From Vulcanimicrobiota bacterium (GTDB lineage Bacteria; Vulcanimicrobiota; Vulcanimicrobiia; Vulcanimicrobiales; Vulcanimicrobiaceae): DNA of 40,877 nt. Both the position numbers and the translations under genes were made by a program. Below, in pieces: positions 1 through 9,788 of this stretch. The stretch covers positions 21,403 to 62,279 of the forward strand of contig PMFP01000085.1 in NCBI GenBank assembly GCA_003155175.1, in the 5' to 3' direction. Under the pieces are notes generated by a model. That model had not been told where the DNA came from and made no database searches. It saw only the letters and a program-made list of their open reading frames with translations. Numbering within the stretch: the stretch's first letter is position 1; each line of letters opens with the position of its first letter.

Positions 1-452
1 AGGTAGAGCGGACGGCCGACGACGCCTTCGTCCAGGAGATCCTTGAGTTTACGCACCGCGCCGGAATAGATGAAGGTGTGGCCCACGGCGAGCTTGCGGC
101 CTTTCGCTCGGGCGAGCTCGATGATCTCGCGGCACTCCCGTTCGGTTCGCGCCAGCGGCTTTTCAACGAAGACGTGCTTGCCGGCTTCGAGCGCGGCTAC
201 CGCCACCGCGTGATGCGCTCGGACCGGCGTACAAACGACGATTGCATCCACGTCCGGATCCGATAGGACGCTCTGCAAATCGGACGTGGCCTTCACGGTC
301 GGGAAGGCCTTCTCGACCGCAGCGTGGCGGCCGCTATCGAGATCGCAGACCCACTTTACGGTCGCATCGGGAATGGCGTGTAGGTTTCGAACGATGTTCG
401 GGCCCCAGTATCCGTACCCGACGACGGCGAAGGTGTTCGCGGGCTTCGTCAC
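1..452 (-). CDS. Gfo/Idh/MocA-family NAD(P)-dependent sugar oxidoreductase (partial; C-terminus lies beyond the left window edge)
   Basis: Absent from the ORF track because it runs off the window. My minus-strand translation from the GTG at 452 reads VTKPANTFAVVGYGYWGPNIVRNLHAIPDATVKWVCDLD...DAIVVCTPVRAHHAVAVAALEAGKHVFVEKPLA... This shows a Rossmann GxGxxG and the EKP motif of the family. The GTG overlaps the stop of the upstream aminotransferase (GTGA at 449-452). Confidence 0.8.
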   Translation of the reverse strand, partial: MTKPANTFAVVGYGYWGPNIVRNLHAIPDATVKWVCDLDSGRHAAVEKAFPTVKATSDLQSVLSDPDVDAIVVCTPVRAHHAVAVAALEAGKHVFVEKPLARTERECREIIELARAKGRKLAVGHTFIYSGAVRKLKDLLDEGVVGRPLY

Positions 453-1564
453 GCCACAACCGCCCCCGCCACGCTCTGCAGCACGGCGTCCGCGACGAAG
501 CGAACTTCGTCTTCGGTAATTTCACCGAACATCGGGAGCGAGACGATCGCGCCGGCGGCTTCTTCCGTGACCGGCAGCGTCCCCGAAAGGTGGGCCAGTT
601 CGGCGTACGCGGGCTGCTTGTGGATTGGAATGGGATAGTGAATTCCAAACCCGATGTCGCTCTTGCGCATCGCATCCATCGTCGCTTCCCGATTGGGAAC
701 CTGGACGACGTAGAGATGATAGACGGGCGTCTGATGCGCGGGATACGACAGCGTTTTTACCGGCGTCCCGGCGAAGATCCGGTCGTAGAGCGCCGCGGCC
801 TCGCGACGCCCCGAGTTCCAGTCGTCCAGATGACCGAGTTTGACGCGCAAAACGGCTGCTTGAATCGTGTCGAGGCGGCTGTTCGTGCCCTTGAAGAGGT
901 GCTCGTACTTCTTGACCTGGCCGAAGTCGCGCATCTGGACCAGGCGTTCGTAGACGGACCTGTCGTTCGTGGTGATCGCGCCGCCGTCGCCGTAAGCGCC
1001 CAGGTTCTTTCCGGGGTAGAAACTAAACGCCGCGACGCGGCCCAAGCTCCCGGCGCGCCGTCCCTTGTACTCCGCGCCGTGCGCCTGGCAGGCGTCCTCG
1101 ATTACGAGCAACCCGTGTCTGTCGGCGATTTCGGAAATCTCGTCCATCTCGGCCATGCATCCGTAGAGATGCACGGGCATGATGGCTTTGGTGGAAGGAG
1201 TGATCGCGGCCTCGATCTTCGAGACGTCGATGTTCGCGGTCTTCGGATCGACGTCAACGAGCGCCGGTCGCGCCCCGGCCTGCGAGATTCCCAGCGCGCT
1301 TGCGATGAACGTGTTGGCCGGAATGATGACTTCGTCGCCGGCGCCGATACCGAGCGCCCGAAGGCCCATCTCGATGGCCGCCGTGCCGGATCCGACCCCG
1401 ACGCAGAACTGCGATCCGGAGTACGCTGCAAACTCGGATTCGAACGCTTTGACGTCCTGACCGAGAATATAGTCCCCGCGCGAAAGAACCCGGTCGATCG
1501 CTTCGCGTACGTCCGGTTCTATGGTGGCAAGCTGCCTGTGCAGGTCGACGAAGTTAACTTTCAT
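449..1564 (-). CDS. DegT/DnrJ/EryC1/StrS-family PLP-dependent sugar aminotransferase
   Basis: 371 aa ORF. The N-terminus MKVNFVDLHRQ...ILGQDVKAFESEFAAY, the segment DACQAHGA and the PLP-lysine context SFYPGKNLGAYGDGG are all typical of the family. Confidence 0.9.
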   Translation of the reverse strand: MKVNFVDLHRQLATIEPDVREAIDRVLSRGDYILGQDVKAFESEFAAYSGSQFCVGVGSGTAAIEMGLRALGIGAGDEVIIPANTFIASALGISQAGARPALVDVDPKTANIDVSKIEAAITPSTKAIMPVHLYGCMAEMDEISEIADRHGLLVIEDACQAHGAEYKGRRAGSLGRVAAFSFYPGKNLGAYGDGGAITTNDRSVYERLVQMRDFGQVKKYEHLFKGTNSRLDTIQAAVLRVKLGHLDDWNSGRREAAALYDRIFAGTPVKTLSYPAHQTPVYHLYVVQVPNREATMDAMRKSDIGFGIHYPIPIHKQPAYAELAHLSGTLPVTEEAAGAIVSLPMFGEITEDEVRFVADAVLQSVAGAVVA

Positions 1565-1587
1565 GAAACCTCAGCGTAAGCGTACGT

Positions 1588-2565
1588 CTATGGTGTGGTG
1601 ACGGTAAGGCGCGCGGAAAAATCCAATAACGTTGCTCGAAGTCCCGTGCGAATGTCCACTTTGGGCGACCACCCGAGCAATGCTTTCGCGCGCGAGATGT
1701 CGGGACAGCGGCGGCCCGGATCGTCCACCGGCATGGGCGTAGCATCGTCGACGTCGAGCGGCACCCCGGCGATTTCGCACACGATCTCGGCAAACTGACG
1801 GATCGTGCGTTCCTCGGGGTTCCCGAGATTGACGATACGGCCTCGGGTTTCGTCCGAAGCGGCGCAGGCGCGAATGCCGTCGACTAAGTCGCTAACGTAG
1901 CAAAAAGAGCGGGTTTGCATTCCGCCGCCGTAGACGGTCAAAGGTTCGCCCCGCAGTGCTTGTCCGACGAAGTTCGGCACGACGCGTCCGTCGTCGACCC
2001 TCATCCGAGGGCCGTAGGTGTTAAAGATGCGAATGATGCGCGAGTCTATCCCGTGAACGTTGGTGAACGTCGTCACGAAGGCTTCGGCATATCGTTTGGA
2101 CTCGTCGTAACACGAGCGTGGACCCACGGGGTTCACGTTTCCCCAATACGACTCGGGCTGCGGATGCACGAGTGGGTCGCCGTAGCACTCGGAGGTCGAG
2201 GCGAGGAGAAGTCGCGCCCCCCACGCCAACGCCGCCTGACAGCAGTTCTCCGTCCCCAGGCTATTGACTCGCATCGTCTCGAGTGGGCGCTGAGCGTAGT
2301 CAATTGGGCTCGCCGGCGAGGCGAAATGCAGGATGAGATCGGGCGTCCCGAACGACTCCGCGATATCCGCCAGCGAGCGCTCGTCCATTTTCGTGACGTC
2401 GAGCTCGCGGAACGCGAAGCGCGGGTTCTCTCTCGCATCCCGGAGGTTCGAGATGTCTCCGGTAATAAAATTGTCGATCCCGAGAACGTCGCAGCCGTCG
2501 GACAAATACGCGTCTACCAGATGGGAGCCGACGAAGCCGGCGGCTCCCGTGATGAGAACCTTCAT
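1588..2565 (-). CDS. UDP-glucuronate decarboxylase-like short-chain dehydratase/epimerase (UXS family)
   Basis: 325 aa. MKVLITGAAGFVGSHLVD gives the GxxGxxG motif, IDNFITGD follows it, and the catalytic YxxxK appears as YDESKRYAE. It lies directly downstream of ugd. Confidence 0.75.
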   Translation of the reverse strand: MKVLITGAAGFVGSHLVDAYLSDGCDVLGIDNFITGDISNLRDARENPRFAFRELDVTKMDERSLADIAESFGTPDLILHFASPASPIDYAQRPLETMRVNSLGTENCCQAALAWGARLLLASTSECYGDPLVHPQPESYWGNVNPVGPRSCYDESKRYAEAFVTTFTNVHGIDSRIIRIFNTYGPRMRVDDGRVVPNFVGQALRGEPLTVYGGGMQTRSFCYVSDLVDGIRACAASDETRGRIVNLGNPEERTIRQFAEIVCEIAGVPLDVDDATPMPVDDPGRRCPDISRAKALLGWSPKVDIRTGLRATLLDFSARLTVTTP

Positions 2566-2568
2566 CTA

Positions 2569-3900
2569 TTATTCGTTTGCGACTTTAGAAAACGTGCCGG
2601 CCGCCAGACGCCCGACGCCGATGTATGCAAAGCCCGCCGCCAGCGCCTTATGCGGATCGTAGACGTTCCGGCCGTCGAAGAGTACGCGGCCCTTCATGAG
2701 TAGGCGAAGGTGTCCCAGATCGAGCTGCTTGTATTCGTTCCAATCGGTTGCCAGGACTAGGGCATCCGCACCTCGCGCGACGTCCTCGGTCGTGGCGCCG
2801 TAGGTGATGCGTTCGCCCAGGATCTTTTGTGCCGACTGCGCGGCGACGGGATCGTGCGCGGAGACCGTCGCGCCTTCGTCCAGAAGCCTTTCGATTAAGG
2901 CGATCGCGGGCGATTCCCGAACGTCGTCCGTATCCGGCTTGAATGCGAGTCCCAAGACGCCCACGCGAGCGCCCTTCAGGTTCCCCAGCCCTTCCTTAAT
3001 CCTGTCGAGCGACCACTCGATCTGCGTTTCGTTGACGTCGAGGATCGCGCCGAGCAGAGCGGGTTCCAGCCCATGTTTTTCGGAAACGCGGCGAAGCGCC
3101 ATGACGTCTTTTGGGAAACACGAACCGCCAAATCCGAGGCCGGCATTTAAGAACTCCGGCCCGATTCTCGTATCGGAGCCGACGCCGACGATCACGTCCT
3201 TGAACTCCGCGCCGACTTCGTGGCAGATCCTGGCGATCTCGTTGGCAAAGGAAATCTTCATGGCGAGAAACGCGTTGGCGGCATACTTGATCATTTCGGC
3301 CGTCTTGACGTCGGTTACCAGAAGCGGAGCGCTGATCGGCGAGTACAGGTCTCGCATGACCTCCGCGGAGTCTTTGTCCGAAACGCCGATGATGATGCGC
3401 TCGGGATGCATGAAGTCTGCAATGGCAGAACCTTCGCGGAAGAATTCCGGATTCGAAACGACCGAGACCTCGTAAGGCTCGGCGCGATGTTCGCGAATGA
3501 TCGAGGCGATCAGATCCCCCGTCTCAACGGGAGACGTGGATTTATTGACGACGACCTTGGGACCGTTGAGGGCGCGGGCGATATTCATCGCGGCCGCGCG
3601 CACTTGGGTTAAGTCCGCATGCCCGTCCTCGCCTTGAGGCGTTCCAACGGCGATGAAGACGACGGTGCTCTTCCGTACGGCGTCTTCGGTCCGCGACGTA
3701 AAATGTAAGCGACCACCGGTCACGTTGCGCGAAATCATCTCGCTGAGGCCTGGCTCGTAGAAGGGCACGGCTCCCGCCTTGAGCTGCAAGAGCTTCGTCT
3801 CGTCGATGTCGACGCAGGCAACGTCGTTCCCGAACTCGGCCAGACAAGCTGCAGTAGCGAGACCGACGTAACCGGCGCCTATTATGCAAATTTCGCTCAT
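2569..3900 (-). CDS. ugd: UDP-glucose 6-dehydrogenase
   Basis: 443 aa. ICIIGAGYVGL, VNKSTSPV, SNPEFFREGSAI and the catalytic-Cys motif GFGGSCFPKD are present. It is colinear along its length with Bacillus TuaD/Ugd-type enzymes as I recall them. Confidence 0.9.
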   Translation of the reverse strand: MSEICIIGAGYVGLATAACLAEFGNDVACVDIDETKLLQLKAGAVPFYEPGLSEMISRNVTGGRLHFTSRTEDAVRKSTVVFIAVGTPQGEDGHADLTQVRAAAMNIARALNGPKVVVNKSTSPVETGDLIASIIREHRAEPYEVSVVSNPEFFREGSAIADFMHPERIIIGVSDKDSAEVMRDLYSPISAPLLVTDVKTAEMIKYAANAFLAMKISFANEIARICHEVGAEFKDVIVGVGSDTRIGPEFLNAGLGFGGSCFPKDVMALRRVSEKHGLEPALLGAILDVNETQIEWSLDRIKEGLGNLKGARVGVLGLAFKPDTDDVRESPAIALIERLLDEGATVSAHDPVAAQSAQKILGERITYGATTEDVARGADALVLATDWNEYKQLDLGHLRLLMKGRVLFDGRNVYDPHKALAAGFAYIGVGRLAAGTFSKVANE

Positions 3901-4107
3901 GCTGAGGCAGGCTCCCGAAGAAGGCTATGATTGCAAAATGTGATGATGGGGTATGTGTGGGGGCGAAAAATCTGGTCTCCAAGACTTCCCATCGCCCCCG
4001 GTCGGGTCCTGTTTATCCACGGCGCGATGCGACCTATGTCGCGCCGGTCCGGCGACGCGCTAAGCGATCCCCGCCGATCGAGCGCGGGCAAATGGCTTCG
4101 CGGGGGC

Positions 4108-5649
4108 TTACGCATAGAGATTCCGGCCGGTCATCGCCTCCGGCACGCGCAGGCCCATGATGCGCAGCAACGTCGGTGCGACGTCGCCGAGCTTGCCGCC
4201 GCCGGCGAGCGTGCCCGTCAGTCCGTTCGCGATCAGAATCAACGGCACCGGATTGGTCGTGTGCGCGGTGAGCGCGCTGCCGTCCTTGTCGAGTTTTTCT
4301 TCGGCGTTGCCGTGATCGGCGGTAATCGCCAACAATCCGCCCGCCGCTAGAACGGCATCGGCGAGCCGTTGCAGGCAGGCGTCGAGAACTTCGACGCTCT
4401 CGATCGTCGGCTCCCATTTCCCGGTATGCCCGACCATGTCGGCGTTGGCGTAGTTCATGACGATGACGTCGTAGCGCTCTCCGGCGATGGCCTGCACGGC
4501 GACGTCGGTGATTTCGCGCGCTCGCATTTGCGGCGCGAGATCGTACGTGGCGACGCTGCGATCCGAGGGGATCAACTCGCGGTCCTCGCCGGCGAAGACG
4601 TCTTCGCGTCCGCCGTTGAAGAAATACGTGACGTGCGCGTACTTCTCGGTTTCGGCCAGACGCAGTTGCCGCATTCCGGCGAGCGAAACGACCTCGCCGA
4701 ACGTGTCGGATTGCGGCCGCGGTCCGAAGAGAACTGCGTTGGGATAGGTTTCGTCGTACTTCGTCATCGTGGCAAAGATACCGTCGCGCCACGGCGTGAC
4801 GGAAAACCCAACCGACTCGGCCGTTGCATCGCCGCGCGCGACGTTGAACGCGCTGGTCAGTTGCCGCGCGCGGTCGGGACGGAAGTTAAAGAAGATGCAC
4901 GCATCGCCGTCGCTCACGGGCCGCGCCTCACCGACGATCGTGGGCAGCACGAATTCGTCGTTCTCGCCGCGCTCGTATGCGGAGCGGACGGCCGCTTGGG
5001 CGTCCGCCGCGCGATGTGGCGATTCGCCGAGCGCGAGCATCCGGTAGGCCGACTCGGTCCGTTCCCAACGCTTGTCCCGATCCATCGCGTAGAAGCGGCC
5101 GCTTACCGAGGAGATGGCTCCCGGGCGTCCGGACTCGGCGAGTTTGGCTTCGAGCGCCGCGACGTACGCGTGCGCCGAGCGCGGCGGCGTGTCGCGTCCG
5201 TCGAGGAAACAATCGACGGCGAACGGCACGTGGGCGCGGACCGCGGCGTCCACGAGCGCGAAAAGATGCTCCAGCGAGCTGTGGACTTGCCCGTCGGAGA
5301 GCAAGCCCATGAAGTGCAGCGTGCCTCCCGTCTCGCGGACGTGGTCCACGCACAGCGCGAGTGCCGGATTCTCGGCAAAGGCGCCCGCAGCGATGTCGGC
5401 GTCGATGACGACCACGCCTTGCTGAACGACGCGGCCGCTTCCCAAGTTCGTGTGGCCGACTTCGCTGTTCCCCATGATGCCTTTGGGCAGGCCGACGTCC
5501 TCTCCCGAGGCCGACAGCGTGGTCCACGGGTATGCGGAGAAGAAGCCGTTCCAGTGCGGAAGTTTTGCCGCGGCGATCGCGTTGCCGTAATCGCTGTCGC
5601 TGCATCCCCATCCGTCGAGCACCGCGAGGACGACGGGCCGGTAGGTCAT
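4108..5649 (-). CDS. gpmI: 2,3-bisphosphoglycerate-independent phosphoglycerate mutase
   Basis: 513 aa. Shows VVLAVLDGWG, GNSEVGHTNLGSGR and ITADHGNAE. Its start forms an ATGA overlap with the tpiA stop at 5646-5649. Confidence 0.95.
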   Translation of the reverse strand: MTYRPVVLAVLDGWGCSDSDYGNAIAAAKLPHWNGFFSAYPWTTLSASGEDVGLPKGIMGNSEVGHTNLGSGRVVQQGVVVIDADIAAGAFAENPALALCVDHVRETGGTLHFMGLLSDGQVHSSLEHLFALVDAAVRAHVPFAVDCFLDGRDTPPRSAHAYVAALEAKLAESGRPGAISSVSGRFYAMDRDKRWERTESAYRMLALGESPHRAADAQAAVRSAYERGENDEFVLPTIVGEARPVSDGDACIFFNFRPDRARQLTSAFNVARGDATAESVGFSVTPWRDGIFATMTKYDETYPNAVLFGPRPQSDTFGEVVSLAGMRQLRLAETEKYAHVTYFFNGGREDVFAGEDRELIPSDRSVATYDLAPQMRAREITDVAVQAIAGERYDVIVMNYANADMVGHTGKWEPTIESVEVLDACLQRLADAVLAAGGLLAITADHGNAEEKLDKDGSALTAHTTNPVPLILIANGLTGTLAGGGKLGDVAPTLLRIMGLRVPEAMTGRNLYA

Positions 5650-6413
5650 CCGGATGCGGCGGCTGCGGCCAGACGAACGAGCTCGACGAAGGCGTTCGCG
5701 TCGAGCGACGCGCCGCCGATGAGTCCGCCGTCGACGTTCGGCTGCGCGAGATATGCCGCGAAATTATCCGGCTTCACGCTGCCGCCGTAGAGAATCGGCA
5801 CGTCGCGCAAAGCGCCGTGACAAGCGCGAATCCCGGCCATGACGCCGTCCGCCTCGGCAGCGTCGCAGTTCTTGCCCGTGCCGATCGCCCAAATGGGTTC
5901 GTAGGCGAGAATCAAACGCGCGATCTCGTCCTCGTTCAATCCGTCGAGCGCGGCGCGCGTCTGCGTGACGACGCGGTCGCGCGTGCGCCCGTCCTCGCGC
6001 TCGCCGAGCGTCTCTCCGACGGCCACGATCGGATGCAATCCTTGCGCGAGCGCGGTCTTGACTTTGCGATTGACCGCCTCGTCCGTCTCGCCGAAGTACT
6101 GGCGACGCTCGGAGTGTCCGAGGATCACGTACGTGACGCCGAGATCGAGCAGCATCGGCGCGGAGATCTCTCCGGTGAACGCCCCGGACAGGTCCCAATG
6201 CATGTTCTGCGCGCCGAGCGCCACGCGGCCGGTCCGCGCGAGCGCGGGCGCGACCGCGGCCAGGGCCGTAAACGGCGGCGCGACGACGACGTCGATGCCG
6301 CCGTTGGCGCCGGCTAAGACCTCGCCCACTCGCGGGGCGAACGCCGCGACCAGTTCGGACGCCTGTCCGGCCGTTTCGTTCATCTTCCAGTTGCCCGCGA
6401 CGACGGTTCGCAT
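5646..6413 (-). CDS. tpiA: triose-phosphate isomerase
   Basis: The track ORF (5646..6956) carries a 181-aa Arg-rich extension that overlaps pgk. The real start is the ATG at 6413 ([12 protein letters not shown]...). Further motifs are ILGHSERR and [11 protein letters not shown]. The start forms an ATGA overlap with the pgk stop. Confidence 0.95.
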   Translation of the reverse strand: MRTVVAGNWKMNETAGQASELVAAFAPRVGEVLAGANGGIDVVVAPPFTALAAVAPALARTGRVALGAQNMHWDLSGAFTGEISAPMLLDLGVTYVILGHSERRQYFGETDEAVNRKVKTALAQGLHPIVAVGETLGEREDGRTRDRVVTQTRAALDGLNEDEIARLILAYEPIWAIGTGKNCDAAEADGVMAGIRACHGALRDVPILYGGSVKPDNFAAYLAQPNVDGGLIGGASLDANAFVELVRLAAAAASG

Positions 6414-7600
6414 CACGGGTCGCGGCTGAGCGCGGCGACTCCGGGCAGCACTTTCCCCTCCAGGAACTCCAGCGTCGCGCCGCCTCCGGTCGAAACGTGC
6501 GTCATGCGGTCGGCAAATCCGAGCGCGTGCGCGGCCGCCGCTGCGTCTCCACCGCCGACGACGCTGACGGCGCCGCGTGAGGTCGCCTCGGCGATGGCCT
6601 CCCCGACGACGCGCGTGCCTCGCTGGTAGGCCGGCTTTTCGTACACGCCCATGGGTCCGTTGAAGACGATCGTCTTCGCGCCCTCGATCGCGCCGGCGTA
6701 CGCCGCCGCGGTCTTGGGGCCGATGTCCAGAATCATTTCCGACCCGACGGCGTCGATCGGGACCGTGTGCGCCTCGCCGTCGGCGTTGAACGAAATCGAG
6801 ACGACCGCGTCTACCGGCAAGTGGAGCGCGACCCCGCGCGCCCGAGCCAGTCCGACGATCGCCTTGGCCGGATCGAGATCGTCGTCGCGCAACGAGTTTC
6901 CCACGTTGACGCCTTTGGCGGCTAAGAACGTGTTGGCCATGCCGCCGCCGATGCAAAACGCGTCGACGCGATCGAGGAGATGCGTGAAGACTCCGACCTT
7001 GTCTTTGACTTTGGCGCCGCCGATCGCGCAGACGAACGGCTTAGCCGGGTTGTCGGTCAGGCTCGCGAGCGAAGCCAGCTCGTCTTCCATCAGATATCCC
7101 GCGGCGTTCGGCAGCAGGTGCGCGACGCCGACGGTGGAGGCGTGCGCGCGGTGCGCCGTTCCGAACGCGTCGTTGACGTAGAGATCGGCAAGCGACGCGA
7201 GCTGCGCGGCAAAGGCCGGATCGTTGGTCTCTTCGCCGGGATGGAAGCGAACGTTCTCGAGCAGCAGCACGTCGCCGTCGCGCAGCGATGCGACCGCGGC
7301 TTCGGCGGCGGGGCCGACCGTCTCGTCCGAAAACGCCACGCCGATGCCGAGACGCTCGGCGAGCGCGGCGGCGACCGGGCGCAACGAGTACTTCGCGTTG
7401 CGAACGCCGTCGGGGCGCCCCAGATGGGATACCACGATAGTCCGCGCGCCGCGCTCGTGCAAGTCGGCGATCGTCTTGATCGCGGCATCCACGCGGGTAA
7501 AGTCCGCGACGGCGCCGTCTTTCATCGGGACGTTGAGGTCCTCGCGAACCAGGACGCGCTTGCCGCGCACGTCGAGGTCGCCGATCTTACGAAAACTCAC
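6413..7600 (-). CDS. pgk: phosphoglycerate kinase
   Basis: 395 aa. Shows [27 protein letters not shown] and [14 protein letters not shown]. Confidence 0.95.
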   Translation of the reverse strand: MSFRKIGDLDVRGKRVLVREDLNVPMKDGAVADFTRVDAAIKTIADLHERGARTIVVSHLGRPDGVRNAKYSLRPVAAALAERLGIGVAFSDETVGPAAEAAVASLRDGDVLLLENVRFHPGEETNDPAFAAQLASLADLYVNDAFGTAHRAHASTVGVAHLLPNAAGYLMEDELASLASLTDNPAKPFVCAIGGAKVKDKVGVFTHLLDRVDAFCIGGGMANTFLAAKGVNVGNSLRDDDLDPAKAIVGLARARGVALHLPVDAVVSISFNADGEAHTVPIDAVGSEMILDIGPKTAAAYAGAIEGAKTIVFNGPMGVYEKPAYQRGTRVVGEAIAEATSRGAVSVVGGGDAAAAAHALGFADRMTHVSTGGGATLEFLEGKVLPGVAALSRDP

Positions 7601-7612
7601 GCCGCGCGCGAC

Positions 7613-8623
7613 TTAGGAAGCGGGAAGGGTCTTGAGAACCATCGCCGTCAGGTCGGCGAGGCGGCACGAGTAGCCCCACTCGTTGTCGTACCACACGCCG
7701 ATTTGAATCAGATCGCCGTTAGCGTTGGTGAGCTTGCCGTCGACGATCGAACTGTGCGGATCCCGCTTGAAGTCGCTCGACACGAGTTCTTCGTCGGTGA
7801 AGCGCACGTACTCGCGCATCGGTCCGTCGGCGGCCGCGCGCAAGATGGCGTTGAGTTCCTCTTTGGTCGTCGCCTTCTTGACTTGGGCGACGAGGTAGAC
7901 CATCGATACCGTCGGCGTCGGAACGCGCAGCGCGAAGCCGTCGAACGTGCCTTCGATCTCGGGGATCGTCAGGTAGAGCGCTTTGGCCGCGCCCGTGGAC
8001 GTCGGAATGATGTTCGTCGCGGCGTTGCGTCCGCGACGGAGATCCTTGTGCGGGGCGTCGAGCACGACTTGGTCGTTGGTGTAGGAGTGAATCGTGCACA
8101 TGAAGCCCTTGACCCAGCCGAGCTTCTCGACGATCGGGCTGACGGCCGTCGCCAAGCAGTTCGTCGTGCACGACGCGTTCGAAATCACGTGATGCTTGGC
8201 GGGATCGTAGCTGCCTTCGTTCACGCCGAGCACGAGCGTCACGTCCTCGCCCTTAGCCGGCGCCGAGATCAGGACTTTCTTCGCTCCCCCGCCGTCGATG
8301 TGCGCGCGCGCTTTCTCGGCGTCGGTGAAGAGTCCGGTGGACTCGATGACCACGTCCACGCCGAGCGCCTTCCACGGCAGCTTGGCGGGGTCGCGTTCGG
8401 CCAGAACCTTGATCTCGCGACCGTCCACGGTCAGCGTGTCGCCGCTGGCCGAAACGTGGCCCTCGTAGGGACCGTAGTTGCTGTCGTACTTGAACATGTG
8501 CGCGCACTGCGACGCGCTCGTCAGATCGTTGACCGCGGCGATGCGGATGTCCGGATGGCGCTCGGCGAGCGCCTTTGCGAAGTTTCGTCCTATGCGGCCG
8601 AAGCCGTTAATCCCGATGAGCAT
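7613..8623 (-). CDS. gap: type I glyceraldehyde-3-phosphate dehydrogenase
   Basis: 336 aa. Shows INGFGRIGR, the active site SNASCTTNCLA, and WYDNEWGYS. Confidence 0.95.
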   Translation of the reverse strand: MLIGINGFGRIGRNFAKALAERHPDIRIAAVNDLTSASQCAHMFKYDSNYGPYEGHVSASGDTLTVDGREIKVLAERDPAKLPWKALGVDVVIESTGLFTDAEKARAHIDGGGAKKVLISAPAKGEDVTLVLGVNEGSYDPAKHHVISNASCTTNCLATAVSPIVEKLGWVKGFMCTIHSYTNDQVVLDAPHKDLRRGRNAATNIIPTSTGAAKALYLTIPEIEGTFDGFALRVPTPTVSMVYLVAQVKKATTKEELNAILRAAADGPMREYVRFTDEELVSSDFKRDPHSSIVDGKLTNANGDLIQIGVWYDNEWGYSCRLADLTAMVLKTLPAS

Positions 8624-8632
8624 GCCGAGGTG

Positions 8633-9511
8633 TTACCGGGTGCGCTTGCCTTGCCCCTGCCGTAGTTTGCTCGCCAGACGCCCGAGGGCCGCAAGGCGGC
8701 TCCCGACCGTCGGCTTGGCGATCGCGGGATTGCAGCGCCGTCCCAGTTCCGCGAGCGATTCGTCGGGATGCGCGAGGCGCAGCTCCGCGATCTCGCGCAG
8801 CGCCGGCGAGAGCTGCGCGAGTCCGTACGCGCTCGAGACGTACTCGATGAGCCGGCACTGGACGGCGGCAGCTTGCGCGGCGCGTTCGAGGTTTGCCGCC
8901 TCGGTGTTGACGAGCCGGTGAATGCGGTTCTTGGTTTCGCGCAGGGCGCGCACGTCTTCGAGGTGCAGCACGGCGCCGAACGCCCCGATCATGGTGAGCA
9001 CGTCCACGATGGCGTCGAAATCTTTGTAGTACAAGAGCCGGCGCATCTTTCGCGTCGTCGTCTTTGCCGTGCGGCCGGTGCTGCGCAGCATCCACGCCAG
9101 ACGCTCGGCCGTCTCGCCGCCGGGAAGCACGAATTCGAGGTGGTATCCGTGCGTACCGGCCGCGACGGAACCGCACGCGAGAAACGCGGCGCGGATCTCG
9201 ATCAAGCGGTCGCACTTCCGAACGGGTTTTCTCGGCGCCGTTCGCAGCGGCTCGGGCAGTTCGATCGCAAACGTCGGAAGACGCCGGAGGCGAGTCGCCG
9301 CTCGCTGCTCGATCGGATGGGTCTTGCGGTCGTCGAGCAGGCTCCAGAAGAGCCGGGCGACGGTGTTGCGATGCGTGATGAAATGCGTGCTTCGGGGGTT
9401 TGCGCCGTAGAGCGCGAGGCCCGCGCGCAGCGCGTTCCGACAGTGCTCGCCTTCCGGAACGTCGCGGGCGAGCGCGTCTTTCGTGTCGGCCGAGATGGAA
9501 GCGGCGCTCAC
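8633..9511 (-). CDS. whiA: DNA-binding cell-division/sporulation regulator WhiA
   Basis: 292 aa with a GTG start. It has an N-terminal ...TKDALARDVPEGEHCRNALRAGL segment, a LAGLIDADG-like middle and a C-terminal HTH region (LSPALREIAELRLAHPDESLAELG). It sits immediately upstream of gap. Confidence 0.8.
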   Translation of the reverse strand: MSAASISADTKDALARDVPEGEHCRNALRAGLALYGANPRSTHFITHRNTVARLFWSLLDDRKTHPIEQRAATRLRRLPTFAIELPEPLRTAPRKPVRKCDRLIEIRAAFLACGSVAAGTHGYHLEFVLPGGETAERLAWMLRSTGRTAKTTTRKMRRLLYYKDFDAIVDVLTMIGAFGAVLHLEDVRALRETKNRIHRLVNTEAANLERAAQAAAVQCRLIEYVSSAYGLAQLSPALREIAELRLAHPDESLAELGRRCNPAIAKPTVGSRLAALGRLASKLRQGQGKRTR

Positions 9512-9512
9512 G

Positions 9513-9788
9513 TTAGATCCAATCGGACGGCTCGTCGCGGCGCCGGTTGAGAATTTCGTAGAGGCCGGCGGGTTTCACCGACGGAGTCACGCGGAGCGGC
9601 ACGTCGAGCACGCGGAGCACGACGAACGTCGTCGCGTAGTGAATCTCGAGCACGTCACCCTGCTTGACCTGGTAGCCCGGCTTGAGGGGCTTACCGTCCT
9701 TGGTCACGCGTCCGTGCTCGAGAGCTTCGTGAGCTTCGGAACGGCGCTTCGAAAGCCGCGCTACCTTCATGAATTTATCGAGGCGCAC
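9513..9788 (-). CDS. small S4-domain RNA-binding protein (YabO/Hsp15/RqcP-like)
   Basis: VRLDKFMKVARLSKRRSEAHEALEHGRVTKDGKPLKPGYQVKQGDVLEI is a canonical S4 alpha-L motif. The start is uncertain. I prefer the GTG at 9788, which is preceded by GGAGGA. The track ORF extends to the GTG at 9818. The stop lies 1 nt upstream of the whiA start. Confidence 0.65.
   Translation of the reverse strand: MRLDKFMKVARLSKRRSEAHEALEHGRVTKDGKPLKPGYQVKQGDVLEIHYATTFVVLRVLDVPLRVTPSVKPAGLYEILNRRRDEPSDWI

Noticed and set aside
242-1579. 445-aa plus-strand ORF
   Set aside because: It is exactly antisense to the DegT aminotransferase gene. The translation is Arg/Gly/Asp-rich low-complexity sequence with no family signature. 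This is a typical shadow ORF of GC-rich DNA.
3901-4107. 207-bp spacer between gpmI and ugd, examined for a tRNA/sRNA, a terminator and a promoter
   Set aside because: There is no cloverleaf-compatible sequence. Only imperfect GC-rich stems without a U-tract are present. The short AT-richer patch (about 3925-3975) probably contains the ugd promoter, but I could not define -35/-10 boxes.
6414-6956. 181-aa extension of the tpiA ORF
   Set aside because: It overlaps the C-terminal part of pgk in another frame and is Arg-rich. The conserved TPI N-terminus (AGNWKMN) starts right after the ATG at 6413.
4108-8623. Functional link between the glycolytic operon (source of 1,3-bisphosphoglycerate) and the FkbH-like enzyme 25 kb away
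   Set aside because: gap, pgk, tpiA and gpmI are universal housekeeping genes in a conserved operon. Their presence in the same window is most simply coincidence and is not evidence for the FkbH substrate.
6980-8665. 561-aa plus-strand ORF
   Set aside because: It is antisense to pgk and gap, both of which have unmistakable motifs. The product is Arg/Val/Gly-rich and featureless.
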